Shown: in pieces, positions 47,894 through 59,600 of the stretch | Layout of the letters: each line of letters begins with the position of its first letter | How positions within the stretch are numbered: the stretch's first letter is position 1 | From: Colwellia sp. | Lineage (GTDB): Bacteria; Pseudomonadota; Gammaproteobacteria; Enterobacterales; Alteromonadaceae | DNA: 64,000 bases | Direction: 5' to 3' | Assembly (NCBI GenBank): GCA_051531915.1 | Contig: JAOPTQ010000046.1 | Span: forward strand, 81,923-145,922 | Translations under genes and position numbers: made by a program | Notes under the pieces: generated by a model | Database searches by the model: none | What the model saw: the letters and a program-made list of their open reading frames with translations, nothing else | What the model was told of the DNA's origin: nothing

Positions 47894-49126
47894 ATGTGCT
47901 TATTGAATAAAAATATTTGTTTAAAAAAGTTGCTGATATTTGCGCTATTGTCAGCAGGTTTAATGTCTTGTTCTTCAAGTGATGAAGAAGATATTAGTGA
48001 AATAGTTGCTGAATTAACTGAAATTAATGCCCAGTTTGAACCAGAATTGTTGTGGGATGAGAGCGTAGGAAATGGCGTTGATGATTTCTTTTCACGCTTA
48101 AAACCAGCAGCAGCTTACGAAAAAGTTTTCAGTGCTAGCCGAGAAGGTGATGTTGTTGCACTCGATGCTAAAACAGGTCAAATAATCTGGGAAGTTGATT
48201 TAAGTAACATTGACGATGAACGTGGCTTTTTTGAAAGTAGAACATCGGCTTCACTTTCAGGCGGGCCAGTTACGGGTTTAAATAAAATATTTTTAGGCAG
48301 TGAAAATGGTAAGGTTTTTGCGTTAAATGCAGAAACAGGCGCGTTAGTTTGGCAAGGTACTATAAAAGGTGAAGTCATTAATTCACCGGCAATTGATTCT
48401 GGTATTTTAGTGGTTAATAGCGCTTCAGGTATTTTAAAAGCTTTTGATGCAAATACCGGTGAAGAAATATGGACTGTTGAACAAGATGTTCCAGCACTCA
48501 CGTTACGGGGTATTAGTGCACCAGTAACGGCATCTGGTGGTGTTTTTATTGGTACGGGTAAAGGCTCAATTAATGTTTATATCTTAGAAAAAGGCCAGCA
48601 AGGTTGGACCGCTCAAGTAGGTGAAGCGACAGGCTCTACAGAGTTAGAAAAAGTGATTGATGTTGACTCAGCCCCCGTGGTATTTGGCGATAAAATTTAT
48701 GCAATATCTTCTCGAGGCAACTTAGTTTCTATTGAATTGAAATCGGGTCGAGTTTTATGGAAACGTCAATATTCTTCTTACCGTCAAATTTCAGTACATC
48801 GAAACAGTGTCTATTTAACGACATTACGTGGTCATGTTTATGCTATTGATAGAATCAATGGACTTGAGCGTTGGAGTAATTTAAGCCTAACTAATCGTGG
48901 TGTCACAGGTCCTGTAGTGGTTGGTGCTTATGTCGTTGTGGGTGATTTTGAAGGTTACTTACATTGGTTGAACCGAGAAACAGGCGAAATAGTTTCTCGC
49001 CATAGCGTAGATGGTAGTGGTATTTATGCAACCCCGACGGTTGATGGCAATATTTTGTATGCCCAATCACGTGATGGTGATTTACAGGCTATTGAAACAC
49101 CGACTATGGTTACTGCTGAAAAATAG
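47894..49126 (+). CDS. bamB: Outer membrane protein assembly factor BamB
   Basis: Lipobox LSAGLMSCSS, PQQ-like beta-propeller repeats, and position before der. Confidence 0.9.
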   Translation: MCLLNKNICLKKLLIFALLSAGLMSCSSSDEEDISEIVAELTEINAQFEPELLWDESVGNGVDDFFSRLKPAAAYEKVFSASREGDVVALDAKTGQIIWEVDLSNIDDERGFFESRTSASLSGGPVTGLNKIFLGSENGKVFALNAETGALVWQGTIKGEVINSPAIDSGILVVNSASGILKAFDANTGEEIWTVEQDVPALTLRGISAPVTASGGVFIGTGKGSINVYILEKGQQGWTAQVGEATGSTELEKVIDVDSAPVVFGDKIYAISSRGNLVSIELKSGRVLWKRQYSSYRQISVHRNSVYLTTLRGHVYAIDRINGLERWSNLSLTNRGVTGPVVVGAYVVVGDFEGYLHWLNRETGEIVSRHSVDGSGIYATPTVDGNILYAQSRDGDLQAIETPTMVTAEK

Positions 49127-49209
49127 CAAAATAATTTAGTTTGAACAAAATTTAACCACGAAAGGTCAACAAGCCCTAGTAATAAGTAAAACTTAGGCTA
49201 AAATTATAT

Positions 49210-49255
49210 ACGGCTCCAAGTGCTTAGTTGCATATTGGAGCCGTTATTTATTTAA
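49210..49255 (+). terminator. Rho-independent terminator after bamB
   Basis: ACGGCTCCAA...TTGGAGCCGT is a 10-bp stem, followed by TATTTATTT. Confidence 0.65.
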
Positions 49256-49276
49256 ATTTAAAAAATTGAGGTTTTC

Positions 49277-50740
49277 ATGCTTCCTGTTGTTGCGCTTGTT
49301 GGGCGTCCTAATGTGGGTAAATCAACTTTATTTAACCGTCTTACGCGCAGTAGAGATGCGTTAGTTGCTGATTACCCCGGTTTAACTCGAGATCGTCAGT
49401 ACGGTCAGGCTGAAGTTGAAGAACATCCTTTTATTGTTATTGATACTGGTGGTATTAATGGCGATGAAGAAGGCATTGATATATTAATGGCTGAGCAGTC
49501 TTTAATGGCGATTGAAGAAGCGGATGCCGTGCTTTTTTTAGTGGATGCACGTGAGGGTTTAACGTCTGCGGATTACGGCATTGCTGACTATCTGCGCAAG
49601 CAAGATAAAAAAGTTTTTCTTGTTGCCAATAAAATTGATGGTATTGATGCCGATTCTGCCGTCGCTGAGTTTTACTCGCTAGGTTTAGGGGAGCATGTTC
49701 ATCAAATAGCAGCAGCTCATGGCCGAGGTGTTACCCAATTGCTTACCCTGGCGCTAACACCCCATATTGAAGCGTTATCACAACCTAAAGAAGATAACGA
49801 TGAGTTTGAAGGCGAGTTGTCAGAAGCAGCGCTTGAAAAACAAATAGCAGAAGCACCTGAAGAAAATGATACCATAAAGCTGGCTATTATTGGTAAGCCT
49901 AATGTGGGTAAATCTACCTTAACGAATCGTATTTTAGGTGAAGAGCGCGTTGTTGTTTATGATATGCCGGGCACAACGCGTGACAGTGTTTATATTCCCA
50001 TGGAACACAATGGTCGCGCTTATACGTTAATTGACACCGCAGGTATTCGACGTCGTAAAAACGTGACGGACGTTGTTGAAAAATATTCAGTTATTAAAAC
50101 ATTACGCGCCATTGAAGATGCTAATGTTTGTTTACTCCTCATTGATGCTCGCGAAGGGATCAGTGATCAAGATTTAAGCTTATTGGGCTTTATTCTTGAA
50201 GCCGGGCGCTCACTGGTAGTGGCGGTAAATAAGTGGGATGGTTTAGAGGAACATGCAAAAGATAGAATTAAAACCGAATTAGACAGACGCTTAGGTTTTA
50301 TCGATTTTGCAAAAATTCATTTTATTTCTGCTTTACACGGCACCGGTGTTGGTCATTTATATGAATCGGTTGAAGAAGCTTTTGTGTCGGCAACTAAGCG
50401 CATTTCTACCGCAATGGTAACCAAAATATTAGATATGGCGGTATTTGATCATCAGCCACCAATGTATCAAGGCCGCCGTATTAAGCTTAAATACGCCCAT
50501 GCAGGTGGGTATAATCCACCCATTATTATTATTCACGGTAATTCAGCGAAAAAATTACCGCTCTCTTATAAACGTTATTTAATGAATTATTACCGTAAAT
50601 CATTAAAAATTATGGGTACGCCTATACGCATTCAATTTAGGGAAACTTCTAATCCTTTTGCCGGTAAAAAGAAGCTGTCTTATACCGAACAGAAGAAATT
50701 AGCGAGAGCAACTCAAGGCTATAATAAAGAAAACAAATAA
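49277..50740 (+). CDS. der: Ribosome-associated GTPase Der (EngA)
   Basis: Two G domains ([12 protein letters not shown] and [12 protein letters not shown]) plus a KH-like C-terminus. Confidence 0.97.
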   Translation: MLPVVALVGRPNVGKSTLFNRLTRSRDALVADYPGLTRDRQYGQAEVEEHPFIVIDTGGINGDEEGIDILMAEQSLMAIEEADAVLFLVDAREGLTSADYGIADYLRKQDKKVFLVANKIDGIDADSAVAEFYSLGLGEHVHQIAAAHGRGVTQLLTLALTPHIEALSQPKEDNDEFEGELSEAALEKQIAEAPEENDTIKLAIIGKPNVGKSTLTNRILGEERVVVYDMPGTTRDSVYIPMEHNGRAYTLIDTAGIRRRKNVTDVVEKYSVIKTLRAIEDANVCLLLIDAREGISDQDLSLLGFILEAGRSLVVAVNKWDGLEEHAKDRIKTELDRRLGFIDFAKIHFISALHGTGVGHLYESVEEAFVSATKRISTAMVTKILDMAVFDHQPPMYQGRRIKLKYAHAGGYNPPIIIIHGNSAKKLPLSYKRYLMNYYRKSLKIMGTPIRIQFRETSNPFAGKKKLSYTEQKKLARATQGYNKENK

Positions 50741-50743
50741 GTT

Positions 50744-50817
50744 GAGTGATAAGTTTTAAGTGTCAAGTCATAAGTTTCAAGTGATAAGTTTCGAGTGTCG
50801 ATAAATTTACGCTTGTG
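50744..50817 (+). repeat. Four imperfect direct repeats of AGTG..ATAAGTTT
   Basis: AGTGATAAGTTT is exact at 50745 and 50780. Variants are AGTGTCAAGTCATAAGTTT (50759) and AGTGTCGATAAATTT (50794). Confidence 0.7.
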
Positions 50818-50936
50818 ATTTGTTATTTGCCACTCGATAACCTTATCTACCGCTTGCATTTAACTTTTCCTTTGGCTAGTGTGATATATATATTTCATTC
50901 AACCTAGCGTGCTTTGTCTACATGGAGGATAAATAA

Positions 50937-51620
50937 ATGGCGGACCAACCTACTCAAGTAGAGATGACTAGTCGACTTAACCGCAATTTAGGTTTGTTTC
51001 ATGCAGGCTCTATGGTCACTATTGAGATCGTTACGCCAGCAGGACAAAAAGGCAAATTCAGAACCGTTTTTATTGGCTACTTATCTAAACAGTATGTGTT
51101 GATTCAATATCCAGATCCTAAAAAAATAGGCGGATTCTCTCAATATATAACCCAAGGGACGGCGGTTACTGTGCGAGGGTTAATTGAAGGGCATGAAGGA
51201 TCTGTCGTTGCTTTTGCTACAACGATTAAACAAACATTGCAAATGCCTTCACGTATTATGGTATTAGAATTTCCACGTCGAGTTACTTTACAAAATTTAC
51301 GTTCTTCCGTGCGCATAGAAACTCAAATTACGGCAAAAGTAAAAGTAGATGACATTTATTGGCAAACAACCATCACCGATTTATCGATTAATGGTTGTCA
51401 CCTTGATATCGTTAATGGCGAAAAATTAGCTTTGGCTAATGATAAGTCCATCAATATTGTTATTGAAAACTTTAAAGGGCTACTTAATATAAACTTAGCG
51501 GCAACTATATGTAACCTTAAACAGCAAAGCCAAGGGCTTTCTTTTGGTGTTCAATTTAAAGCAAAAAGTAAAAAGCAAGTCACTAATTTACTGCATCATG
51601 CGGTTACTATCGAAAGTTAG
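50937..51620 (+). CDS. PilZ-domain c-di-GMP receptor (YcgR-like two-domain architecture)
   Basis: LRSSVRIE (RxxxR) and DLSINGCHL (DxSxxG) lie in the C-terminal half. Confidence 0.8.
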   Translation: MADQPTQVEMTSRLNRNLGLFHAGSMVTIEIVTPAGQKGKFRTVFIGYLSKQYVLIQYPDPKKIGGFSQYITQGTAVTVRGLIEGHEGSVVAFATTIKQTLQMPSRIMVLEFPRRVTLQNLRSSVRIETQITAKVKVDDIYWQTTITDLSINGCHLDIVNGEKLALANDKSINIVIENFKGLLNINLAATICNLKQQSQGLSFGVQFKAKSKKQVTNLLHHAVTIES

Positions 51621-51686
51621 TAGCCGAGTTATAAAACTCTCAACTTAACTTACCATCTAAAATAATCCACCTAAAATCACTTTTGT

Positions 51687-53009
51687 TTAAATCACTTTAG
51701 CTGCGATTTTACCATCACTTAACTGCACGGTGATTTTATCATTTGTCTCAATTTGCGTTGTCGAAGTGACCACTTCATTTTTATCATTTCGAATGACACT
51801 ATAACCTCTAGCGATAGTGGCTAAAGGGCTTACTAAGTGTAACTGTTCAATAATATGCACAAAACGGTCACTTTTATGTTGTAAACTATTTTGCATGGCG
51901 TTAATTAATCGCTGTTGATTTTGTTGCGTTGCCTTTTGCTGTATAGCTATCGTTTTGTTTGGTGATAAGTGCAATAAACGCTGTTGTAATTGCTGTGGTT
52001 GCTGGTTTGCGTTTAAAATAAGGTTATTGATGAGTTGTTTTAAACGTAAGGTTAACTCGTCAGACTTTTGCTGTTGTATCAGTAGCTGTTGCTCAGGATG
52101 TACTTGTGCTAAGCGATGTTTTAAATGATGATGTTTTTGAGCAATGTCAGCATTTTTTCTTTGTATTGCATTCACCAAACGTTGCGTGAAGCTCGTTACT
52201 TTATCTTTTAGTTCATTACTGTCTTGAGAAACCAGTTCGGCAGCGGCTGACGGTGTTGCCGCGCGTAAATCGGCAACATAATCACTCAGAGTGGTATCAA
52301 TTTCATGACCAACCGCGCTAATAATGGGGAGCGCGCTATGGTAAATGGCATGCACAACATTTTCTTCGTTAAACGACCATAAATCTTCTAATGAGCCACC
52401 ACCTCGACCAACGATAAGTACATCACACTCTTGTCGTTGGTTTGCTATTTTTATCGCATGACAAATATCTTGTTGAGCATATTCGCCTTGCACTAGTGCA
52501 GGATAAATTACGATCTTAATATTTGGGTTTCTTCGCTTGAGCACGGTTAAAATATCTTTAACGGCAGCACCTGTTGGCGAGGTAATAATGCCAACACATT
52601 GGATATGAGTGGGTATTATTTTTTTATGCTGTTGATCAAATAAACCTAAGGCATTAAGTTTGTTTTTAAGTTGTTCAAACTGCTGACGTAATAGCCCTTC
52701 ACCGGCCTCTTCCATTTGCTCAATAATTAATTGAAAGTCGCCTCTTGGCTCGTACAAAGATACTTTTGCTCTGACTAGTACTTGTTGACCATTACTCGCC
52801 TTGACTCGAACTCGACGATTATTGCCTTTAAACATGGCACAACGTACTTGCGATTTACTGTCTTTAAGCGATAAGTACCAATGACCGGAGCTAGCAGCAA
52901 CAAAATTAGATATTTCACCGGTGAGCCAAACGGTGTTTAATTCACTTTCTAACATAAAGCGTACTTTTTTTGTCAATTCACTGACTTGTAAAATGTGTTG
53001 TTGATTCAT
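51687..53009 (-). CDS. xseA: Exodeoxyribonuclease VII large subunit
   Basis: VSELTKKVRFMLE...VWLTGEISNF and GRGGGSLEDLW. ATG 53009 is preferred over the track's TTG 53045. Divergent from guaB, as in E. coli. Confidence 0.93.
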   Translation of the reverse strand: MNQQHILQVSELTKKVRFMLESELNTVWLTGEISNFVAASSGHWYLSLKDSKSQVRCAMFKGNNRRVRVKASNGQQVLVRAKVSLYEPRGDFQLIIEQMEEAGEGLLRQQFEQLKNKLNALGLFDQQHKKIIPTHIQCVGIITSPTGAAVKDILTVLKRRNPNIKIVIYPALVQGEYAQQDICHAIKIANQRQECDVLIVGRGGGSLEDLWSFNEENVVHAIYHSALPIISAVGHEIDTTLSDYVADLRAATPSAAAELVSQDSNELKDKVTSFTQRLVNAIQRKNADIAQKHHHLKHRLAQVHPEQQLLIQQQKSDELTLRLKQLINNLILNANQQPQQLQQRLLHLSPNKTIAIQQKATQQNQQRLINAMQNSLQHKSDRFVHIIEQLHLVSPLATIARGYSVIRNDKNEVVTSTTQIETNDKITVQLSDGKIAAKVI

Positions 53010-53211
53010 AAAAGTGAAAATTTCAATAATAAATAAAAGCGTCAATTAGCCGCTATTATTTATTGATTATCATTGATATTCAATTTATTTTGGTTTTTTA
53101 TCTGCATTTAAACAAATTTTGGTTTACCTAAAACGTTAAAACGGTTAAAATTCTGCCGCAATATTTACTACCAATCCTTAACTGAATTCCAAACTAAGGT
53201 GATATATTGCG

Positions 53212-54684
53212 ATGCTAAGAATTGCCCAAGAAGCACTAACTTTCGACGATGTTCTACTTGTGCCTGCTCATTCACAGGTACTACCCCATACAGCCGATTT
53301 AAAAACCCGCTTAACCCGTAAAATTAATTTAAATATACCGATGATTTCTGCGTCTATGGACACAGTAACTGAAGCGCGCTTAGCGATTAGGCTTGCCCAA
53401 GAAGGTGGCTTAGGTTTTATTCATAAAAATATGACCATTAGTGAGCAAGCGCGTAATGTTTCTAAGGTAAAGAAATATGAAAGTGGTATTGTTTCTGATC
53501 CCCAAACAGTGAGCGCAACTGACACTATTGCACAAACCATGAAACAGGCTGAAGCGTCAAGCTTTTCAGGCTTTCCAGTGGTTGATGGTGATAATAATTT
53601 GGTTGGTATTATTACTGGCCGTGATATGCGTTTTGAAAATGATTTATCACAACCTGTTTCGGCATTAATGACGACTAAAGAGAATTTAGTTACCGTTAAA
53701 GAAGGAGCAAAGCGAGAAGAAATTTTAGGTTTAATGCACGAGCACCGTATTGAAAAAATATTAGTGGTGGATGATGCTTTTAAATTAACCGGTCTTATTA
53801 CCGCAAAGGATTATCAAAAAGCTGAAAACAAACCCAATGCGTGTAAAGATGAATTAGGACGTTTACGTGTAGGTGCCGCCGTTGGTGTTGGCGCAGGAAC
53901 TGATGAACGTATAGATGCCTTAGTTATTGCTGGCGTTGATGTGTTGCTAATTGATACGTCACACGGACATTCTCAAGGTGTATTAGATCGCGTTAAAGAA
54001 ACGCGTGATAAGTATCCAGAATTACAAATTATTGCGGGTAATGTTGCTACTGGTGCTGGCGCTAAAGCACTTGTTGATGCGGGTGTTGACGCGGTAAAAG
54101 TAGGTATTGGCCCCGGTTCAATTTGTACTACACGTATTGTTACGGGTGTTGGTGTACCGCAATTAACGGCTATTTCTAATGCGGTTGAAGCCTTAAAAGG
54201 TACTGATATTCCGGTAATTGCTGATGGCGGTATTCGCTTTTCAGGTGATATTGCGAAAGCATTAGTTGCCGGTGCACATTGTGTGATGGTTGGCAGTATG
54301 TTTGCGGGTACTGAAGAAGCGCCGGGCGAAGTTGAACTCTATCAAGGTAGATATTACAAATCTTATCGTGGCATGGGCTCTTTAGGCGCTATGAATCAAA
54401 AAGAAGGTTCAAGTGATAGATACTTCCAAAAATCTAATGGTGAAGCCGATAAATTAGTGCCAGAGGGTATTGAAGGTCGTGTTGCTTATAAAGGCCCTGT
54501 ATCGGCTATTATTCATCAACAAATGGGTGGCTTGCGTTCATCAATGGGCTTAACGGGTTCTAAAGATATTGAAACCATGCGTACCAAACCTGAGTTTATG
54601 ACGATATCGTCAGCAGGTATGGGTGAGTCTCATGTACATGACGTAACAATTACTAAAGAAGCCCCAAATTATAGGTTGGGTTAG
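53212..54684 (+). CDS. guaB: IMP dehydrogenase
   Basis: [10 protein letters not shown], two CBS repeats, [11 protein letters not shown], and GGIRFSGD. Confidence 0.97.
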   Translation: MLRIAQEALTFDDVLLVPAHSQVLPHTADLKTRLTRKINLNIPMISASMDTVTEARLAIRLAQEGGLGFIHKNMTISEQARNVSKVKKYESGIVSDPQTVSATDTIAQTMKQAEASSFSGFPVVDGDNNLVGIITGRDMRFENDLSQPVSALMTTKENLVTVKEGAKREEILGLMHEHRIEKILVVDDAFKLTGLITAKDYQKAENKPNACKDELGRLRVGAAVGVGAGTDERIDALVIAGVDVLLIDTSHGHSQGVLDRVKETRDKYPELQIIAGNVATGAGAKALVDAGVDAVKVGIGPGSICTTRIVTGVGVPQLTAISNAVEALKGTDIPVIADGGIRFSGDIAKALVAGAHCVMVGSMFAGTEEAPGEVELYQGRYYKSYRGMGSLGAMNQKEGSSDRYFQKSNGEADKLVPEGIEGRVAYKGPVSAIIHQQMGGLRSSMGLTGSKDIETMRTKPEFMTISSAGMGESHVHDVTITKEAPNYRLG

Positions 54685-54711
54685 ATCTGCTAGGCATTGG
54701 CCTTTTTATCT

Positions 54712-54775
54712 GACTTCTGCGTTGGAAGTACTCATTGACTAGCGTCAACTCCGTGCCTCCGCCTTGAATTCAAAT
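54712..54775 (+). repeat. Solo, diverged copy of the core of the 104-bp purH-purD repeat unit
   Basis: CTTCTGCGTTGGAAGTACTCATTGACTAGCGTCAACTCCGTGCC compared with TTTCTGCGTCAAAAGTACTCACTGACTAGCGTCAGCTCCGTGCT. Confidence 0.75.
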
Positions 54776-54931
54776 CAAAATTCTCAATGCTTGATTGACT
54801 CACAAAGAAAAAATTCAAACAGGCTGAGTTGTAATTCTCTTTAAGGGATAAAACTTAGCCTTTTTATTTATACACATTGCTCGTTATAAATAAACTTATT
54901 CATGACGAGCAAAAAAAGCAGGAAAACAAAC

Positions 54932-56509
54932 ATGAGTAAAGACATTCATGATCATCGCATACTGATTTTAGATTTTGGTTCACAATACACACAGCTTATT
55001 GCTCGTCGTGTTCGCGAAATTGGCGTTTATTGTGAACTTTGGTCATGGGATGTGACCGAAGCGCAAATTAAAGAGTTTAACCCAACAGGTATTATTCTTG
55101 CCGGTGGCCCAGAGTCGGTTACTGAAACTAATTCTCCACGTGCACCGATGTATGTATTTACCGCAAATGTTCCTGTGTTAGGCATTTGTTACGGCATGCA
55201 AACTATGGCTGAGCAGCTTGGCGGCAGCGTAGAAAGTAGTGAGCATAAAGAATTTGGTTATGCTGCTGTTGAAGTGGTTTCTCAGTCTGCTTTGTTCAAA
55301 AACATTGAAGATCATATTAGTGCTAGCGGTACTGCTTTGTTAGATGTTTGGATGAGCCATGGCGATAAAGTTTCCGCTATTCCGACAGGTTTTGAAACAG
55401 TTGCTAAAACTGATAGCTGTGCGTTTGCTGCAATGGCCAATGAAGACAAGCATTTCTATGGCGTACAATTTCACCCAGAAGTTACTCACACTAAACAAGG
55501 TATGCGTATTTTAGAGCATTTTGTTGTTGATATTTGTCAGTGTGAAAAACTATGGACGTCAGCATCAATTATTGAAGATGCCATTGCGAAAATGAAAGCG
55601 CAAGTGGGCGATGATGAAGTTATTTTAGGTTTGTCAGGTGGTGTTGATTCATCGGTTGTTGCCATGTTATTACAACGCGCTATTGGTGATAAATTAACTT
55701 GTGTATTTGTTGATAACGGTTTACTTCGCTTAAACGAAGGTCAACAAGTGATGGACATGTTTGGTGATCACTTTGGCTTAAACATTGTGCATGTTAAAGC
55801 CGAAGACAGATTTTTAGATCGCTTAGCCAGTGAGGATGATCCTGAGAAAAAACGTAAAATTATTGGTAATGTTTTTATTGATGTTTTTGATGAGGAGTCG
55901 AAAAAACTTAACAATGCTAAATGGTTAGCGCAAGGCACTATTTACCCAGATGTTATCGAATCAGCGGCTTCTGCTACCGGTAAAGCTCATGTGATTAAAT
56001 CACATCATAACGTTGGTGGTTTACCAGATGATATGGAGCTTGGTTTAGTTGAGCCATTACGTGAGTTATTTAAAGATGAAGTGCGTAAAATCGGTTTAGA
56101 GCTAGGTTTACCGTACGACATGCTTTATCGTCACCCTTTCCCTGGTCCTGGTTTAGGGGTACGTATTTTAGGTGAAGTGAAAAAAGAATACGCAGACTTA
56201 CTACGTCGTGCTGATGCGATATTTATTGAAGAGCTTCACAAAGCAGAGTTATACCATAAAGTAAGCCAAGCCTTTACCGTATTCTTGCCAGTTCGCTCGG
56301 TTGGTGTAATGGGTGATGCGCGTAAATACGATTGGGTAGTTTCACTTCGCTGTGTTGAAACCATCGACTTTATGACTGCGCGTTGGTCACATTTACCGTA
56401 TGATTTCTTAGGGTTAGTTTCTAACCGCATTATTAATGAAATTGATGGTATTTCTCGTGTCGTTTATGATATTTCAGGAAAGCCGCCAGCCACTATCGAG
56501 TGGGAATAA
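54932..56509 (+). CDS. guaA: GMP synthase (glutamine-hydrolysing)
   Basis: Collinear with E. coli GuaA from [22 protein letters not shown] to [11 protein letters not shown] 54932 is preferred over 54902. Confidence 0.97.
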   Translation: MSKDIHDHRILILDFGSQYTQLIARRVREIGVYCELWSWDVTEAQIKEFNPTGIILAGGPESVTETNSPRAPMYVFTANVPVLGICYGMQTMAEQLGGSVESSEHKEFGYAAVEVVSQSALFKNIEDHISASGTALLDVWMSHGDKVSAIPTGFETVAKTDSCAFAAMANEDKHFYGVQFHPEVTHTKQGMRILEHFVVDICQCEKLWTSASIIEDAIAKMKAQVGDDEVILGLSGGVDSSVVAMLLQRAIGDKLTCVFVDNGLLRLNEGQQVMDMFGDHFGLNIVHVKAEDRFLDRLASEDDPEKKRKIIGNVFIDVFDEESKKLNNAKWLAQGTIYPDVIESAASATGKAHVIKSHHNVGGLPDDMELGLVEPLRELFKDEVRKIGLELGLPYDMLYRHPFPGPGLGVRILGEVKKEYADLLRRADAIFIEELHKAELYHKVSQAFTVFLPVRSVGVMGDARKYDWVVSLRCVETIDFMTARWSHLPYDFLGLVSNRIINEIDGISRVVYDISGKPPATIEWE

Positions 56510-56624
56510 TATATTTCATTAATAATATAAACACTGTGCTTAGGTGATTTTACAAACAGTTAGGTAAATAATCTATGCATTAGTTTGTGTTTCTTATAAA
56601 CTGTCCTTCTCTTTTAAAGAGCAT

Positions 56625-56669
56625 GTTAATCAACTAATTATGTGATTAGTTGATTAACGTGTTTTTTTA
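56625..56669 (+). terminator. Strong rho-independent terminator after guaA
   Basis: GTTAATCAACTAAT-tatgtg-ATTAGTTGATTAAC (14-bp perfect stem) followed by GTGTTTTTTT. Confidence 0.85.
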
Positions 56670-56683
56670 TATCGATTTAAGGA

Positions 56684-59600
56684 ATGATGATGGTTGATAA
56701 TATGTGGTTGATTTTATCAGCGCTATTAGTTTTTTGTATGCAGGCAGGTTTTCTTTGTTTAGAAAGCGGAAAAACCCGTAGTAAAAATAACATTAATGTT
56801 GCTGCTAAAAATGTTATTGATTTCATTGTTTCTATTTCTATTTTTTGGTTTGTCGGCTTTGGTTTAATGTTTGGCACATCAATATCTGGTTTGTTCGGCA
56901 GTAGCTTTTTCCTTTTTGGTGATACTCAATCCCCTTCAAATATTACCTTTTTCTTTTTTCAAATGATGTTTTGTGGCACCGCCGCTACTTTGATGTCTGG
57001 CGCTGTTGCTGAGCGTATGAGTTTTTTCGGTTATGTTGCTTTAACTGTTATTTTGAGTGCTGTTATTTATCCTATTGCTGGCCATTGGGCATGGGGAGGT
57101 ATGTTTCAAGCGGTGCATAGTGGTTGGTTAGAGCTCAAAGGATTTGTTGATTTTGCAGGCTCTACCGTTGTCCATTCTGTTGGTGGTTGGGTTGCTCTAG
57201 TTGCGGTGACCATTATAGGGCCACGTTACAAGCGTTTTGATAAAAGCTATAAATTCCCATCAGGTAGCAGCCTGCCCATGGCGAGTCTCGGCGTTTTTCT
57301 TATTTGGTTTGGTTGGTTTGGTTTTAATGCGGGCAGTACTTTAGCTTTTAATGATCAAGTACCACTTATTTTGTTGAATACCAGTTTAGCTGCAGCATGG
57401 GGAGGATTAGCTGTTACGCTTGTTCATTATATCGATAAAAAATACATGAACATTAGCTTTTGTCTTAATGGCATCTTAGCTGGCTTGGTTGGTATTACCG
57501 CCTCTTGTCATGCCGTTTCTCCAACAGAAGCTGTTGTTATTGGTGCGGTGTCAGGTGTAATTATGTATTACGGTGACTCATTATTGAAAAAATTTCATAT
57601 TGATGATGCTTTATCTGTGGTTCCCGTACATTTATTTGCCGGTATCTGGGGAACTTTAGCGGTTGCTTTTTTTGGTGACACAACCATTCTCGCTACCGGG
57701 CTCAGTTTCTCTCAGCAATTGCAGATACAACTGTTAGGTATTGTTAGCATAGGATTATATTGCACAACCGTTGGTTTTATACTTTTTAAGCTAGTTAACA
57801 AAATTTTACCGTTGCGGGTTTCTTTAGCCGATGAAGTAAGAGGACTAAATGTTACTGAACATCATGCGAGTAATGAATTGGTGAATTTACTTTCTGAAAT
57901 GGAGTTTCAGCAAAGCCAAGGTGATTTTACTTCCTCGGTAGAAGAAGAGCCTTTTACTGAAGTTGGTCAAATAGCTCAAAAATATAATCAAGTTATTGCA
58001 CGTGTCAGTCAAGAAATGAGTGAACGCGATAAAGCCATTAAATCTTTTCAAATGAGTGAAAAACGAAAAAGTGCTATTTTAGATTCCTCAATGGACAGTA
58101 TTGTCAGTATTGACATCAAAGGTAAAATTATTGAGTTTAACCCTGCGGCCGAGCGTATTTTTGGCGTACCCAAAAAGAATATGTTAGGAAAATATTTTTT
58201 TAATTTATTTATGTTAGAGCAAGATAAACAAGAAGCTTTTGAGAGCTTAAAACACTCATTTTCTGTTGCCAATACGCTAGTACTTAACAGAAGATCAACC
58301 ATTGAAATACAGCGTATTTCAGGAGAGGTTTTTCCTGCGGAAATTACTATTACTAGCGCTCAATTGGGTAATAAATATACCATTGAATTTACTTTACATA
58401 TACGTGACGTTGCTCGTAAAGTTAAATTACAATCACGGTTACATTTTTTGGCTTATAAAGATCCCTTAACTGAACTATCGAATCGAACACACTTAATGAG
58501 AGAGCTTAACGCCGCTGTTAAGCAATCAAAAAAACAATTATTTAGTATTGCGTTGTACTTTTTAGATTTAGATAAATTTAAAAAAATTAATGATACTTTA
58601 GGTCATAAAGCGGGAGATCAGTTGTTATGTGAGGTGGCCAATCGTTTAACCTTTTTAGCTAGATCTACCGATGTGATTGCTCGTTGGGGTGGCGATGAAT
58701 TTGTATTAGTGATGACAGGTAAGCTAACGCAGTCATTGATTATAAAAAAAGCTGAAAATATGCTGCAAGAAATGCGAAAACCAATAAAAATACTAGAGCA
58801 GTTATATAACATTCCTACCAGTATTGGCGTGGCTGTTTCTACTAATGGTGAAGTTGAATCTGACGCTTTATTACAGCAAGCTGATATTGCCATGTATAAA
58901 GCAAAAGATAGAGGTCGAGATAATTATCAAATTTATACCACGGAAATGGGTAGAGATGCAGCGAGAGTATTAAGCTATGAGCAAGAGATTAAACAAGCTA
59001 TTATTGATGAGCAGTTTTATTTAGACTATCAGCCTAAGGTAAATGATAAGCAGGAAATTATGGGTTTAGAAGCCTTAATTCGTTGGTCTCATCCTCAGAG
59101 AGGAAAAATTTCCCCTGCCGAGTTTATTCCTGTTGCAGAAGAAAGCCACTTAATTGTTGATATTGGTAGTTGGGTAATAACCTCTGTTTTAAAGCAACTA
59201 AAAGAGTGGATAGAAGCAGGCATTGAAGTGAAACCTGTTTCAGTCAATATTTCCGGTCATCAATTAATGGCTAACGACTTCATTGCTTTTATTGAAGACT
59301 CATTGGCTAAATATCATATTAGTGGCAAATTGCTTGAAATTGAAATTACCGAAGGCGTATTAATTAATGAAATTGAGCGCTGCATTGAAGTATTGGCTGT
59401 GCTGAAGTCATTAGGTATCCAAATTTCTATCGATGATTTTGGTACAGGCTATTCATCGCTAAATTATTTACGTCGTTTACCTTTAAATATTTTAAAGATT
59501 GACCGTGCTTTTGTTCGAGAATGTAACACTATTGATGAAGATAGAGAAATTTGTGCGGCAATTATTAACTTGGCTCAAGGTATGCGTTTATCAGTGATTG

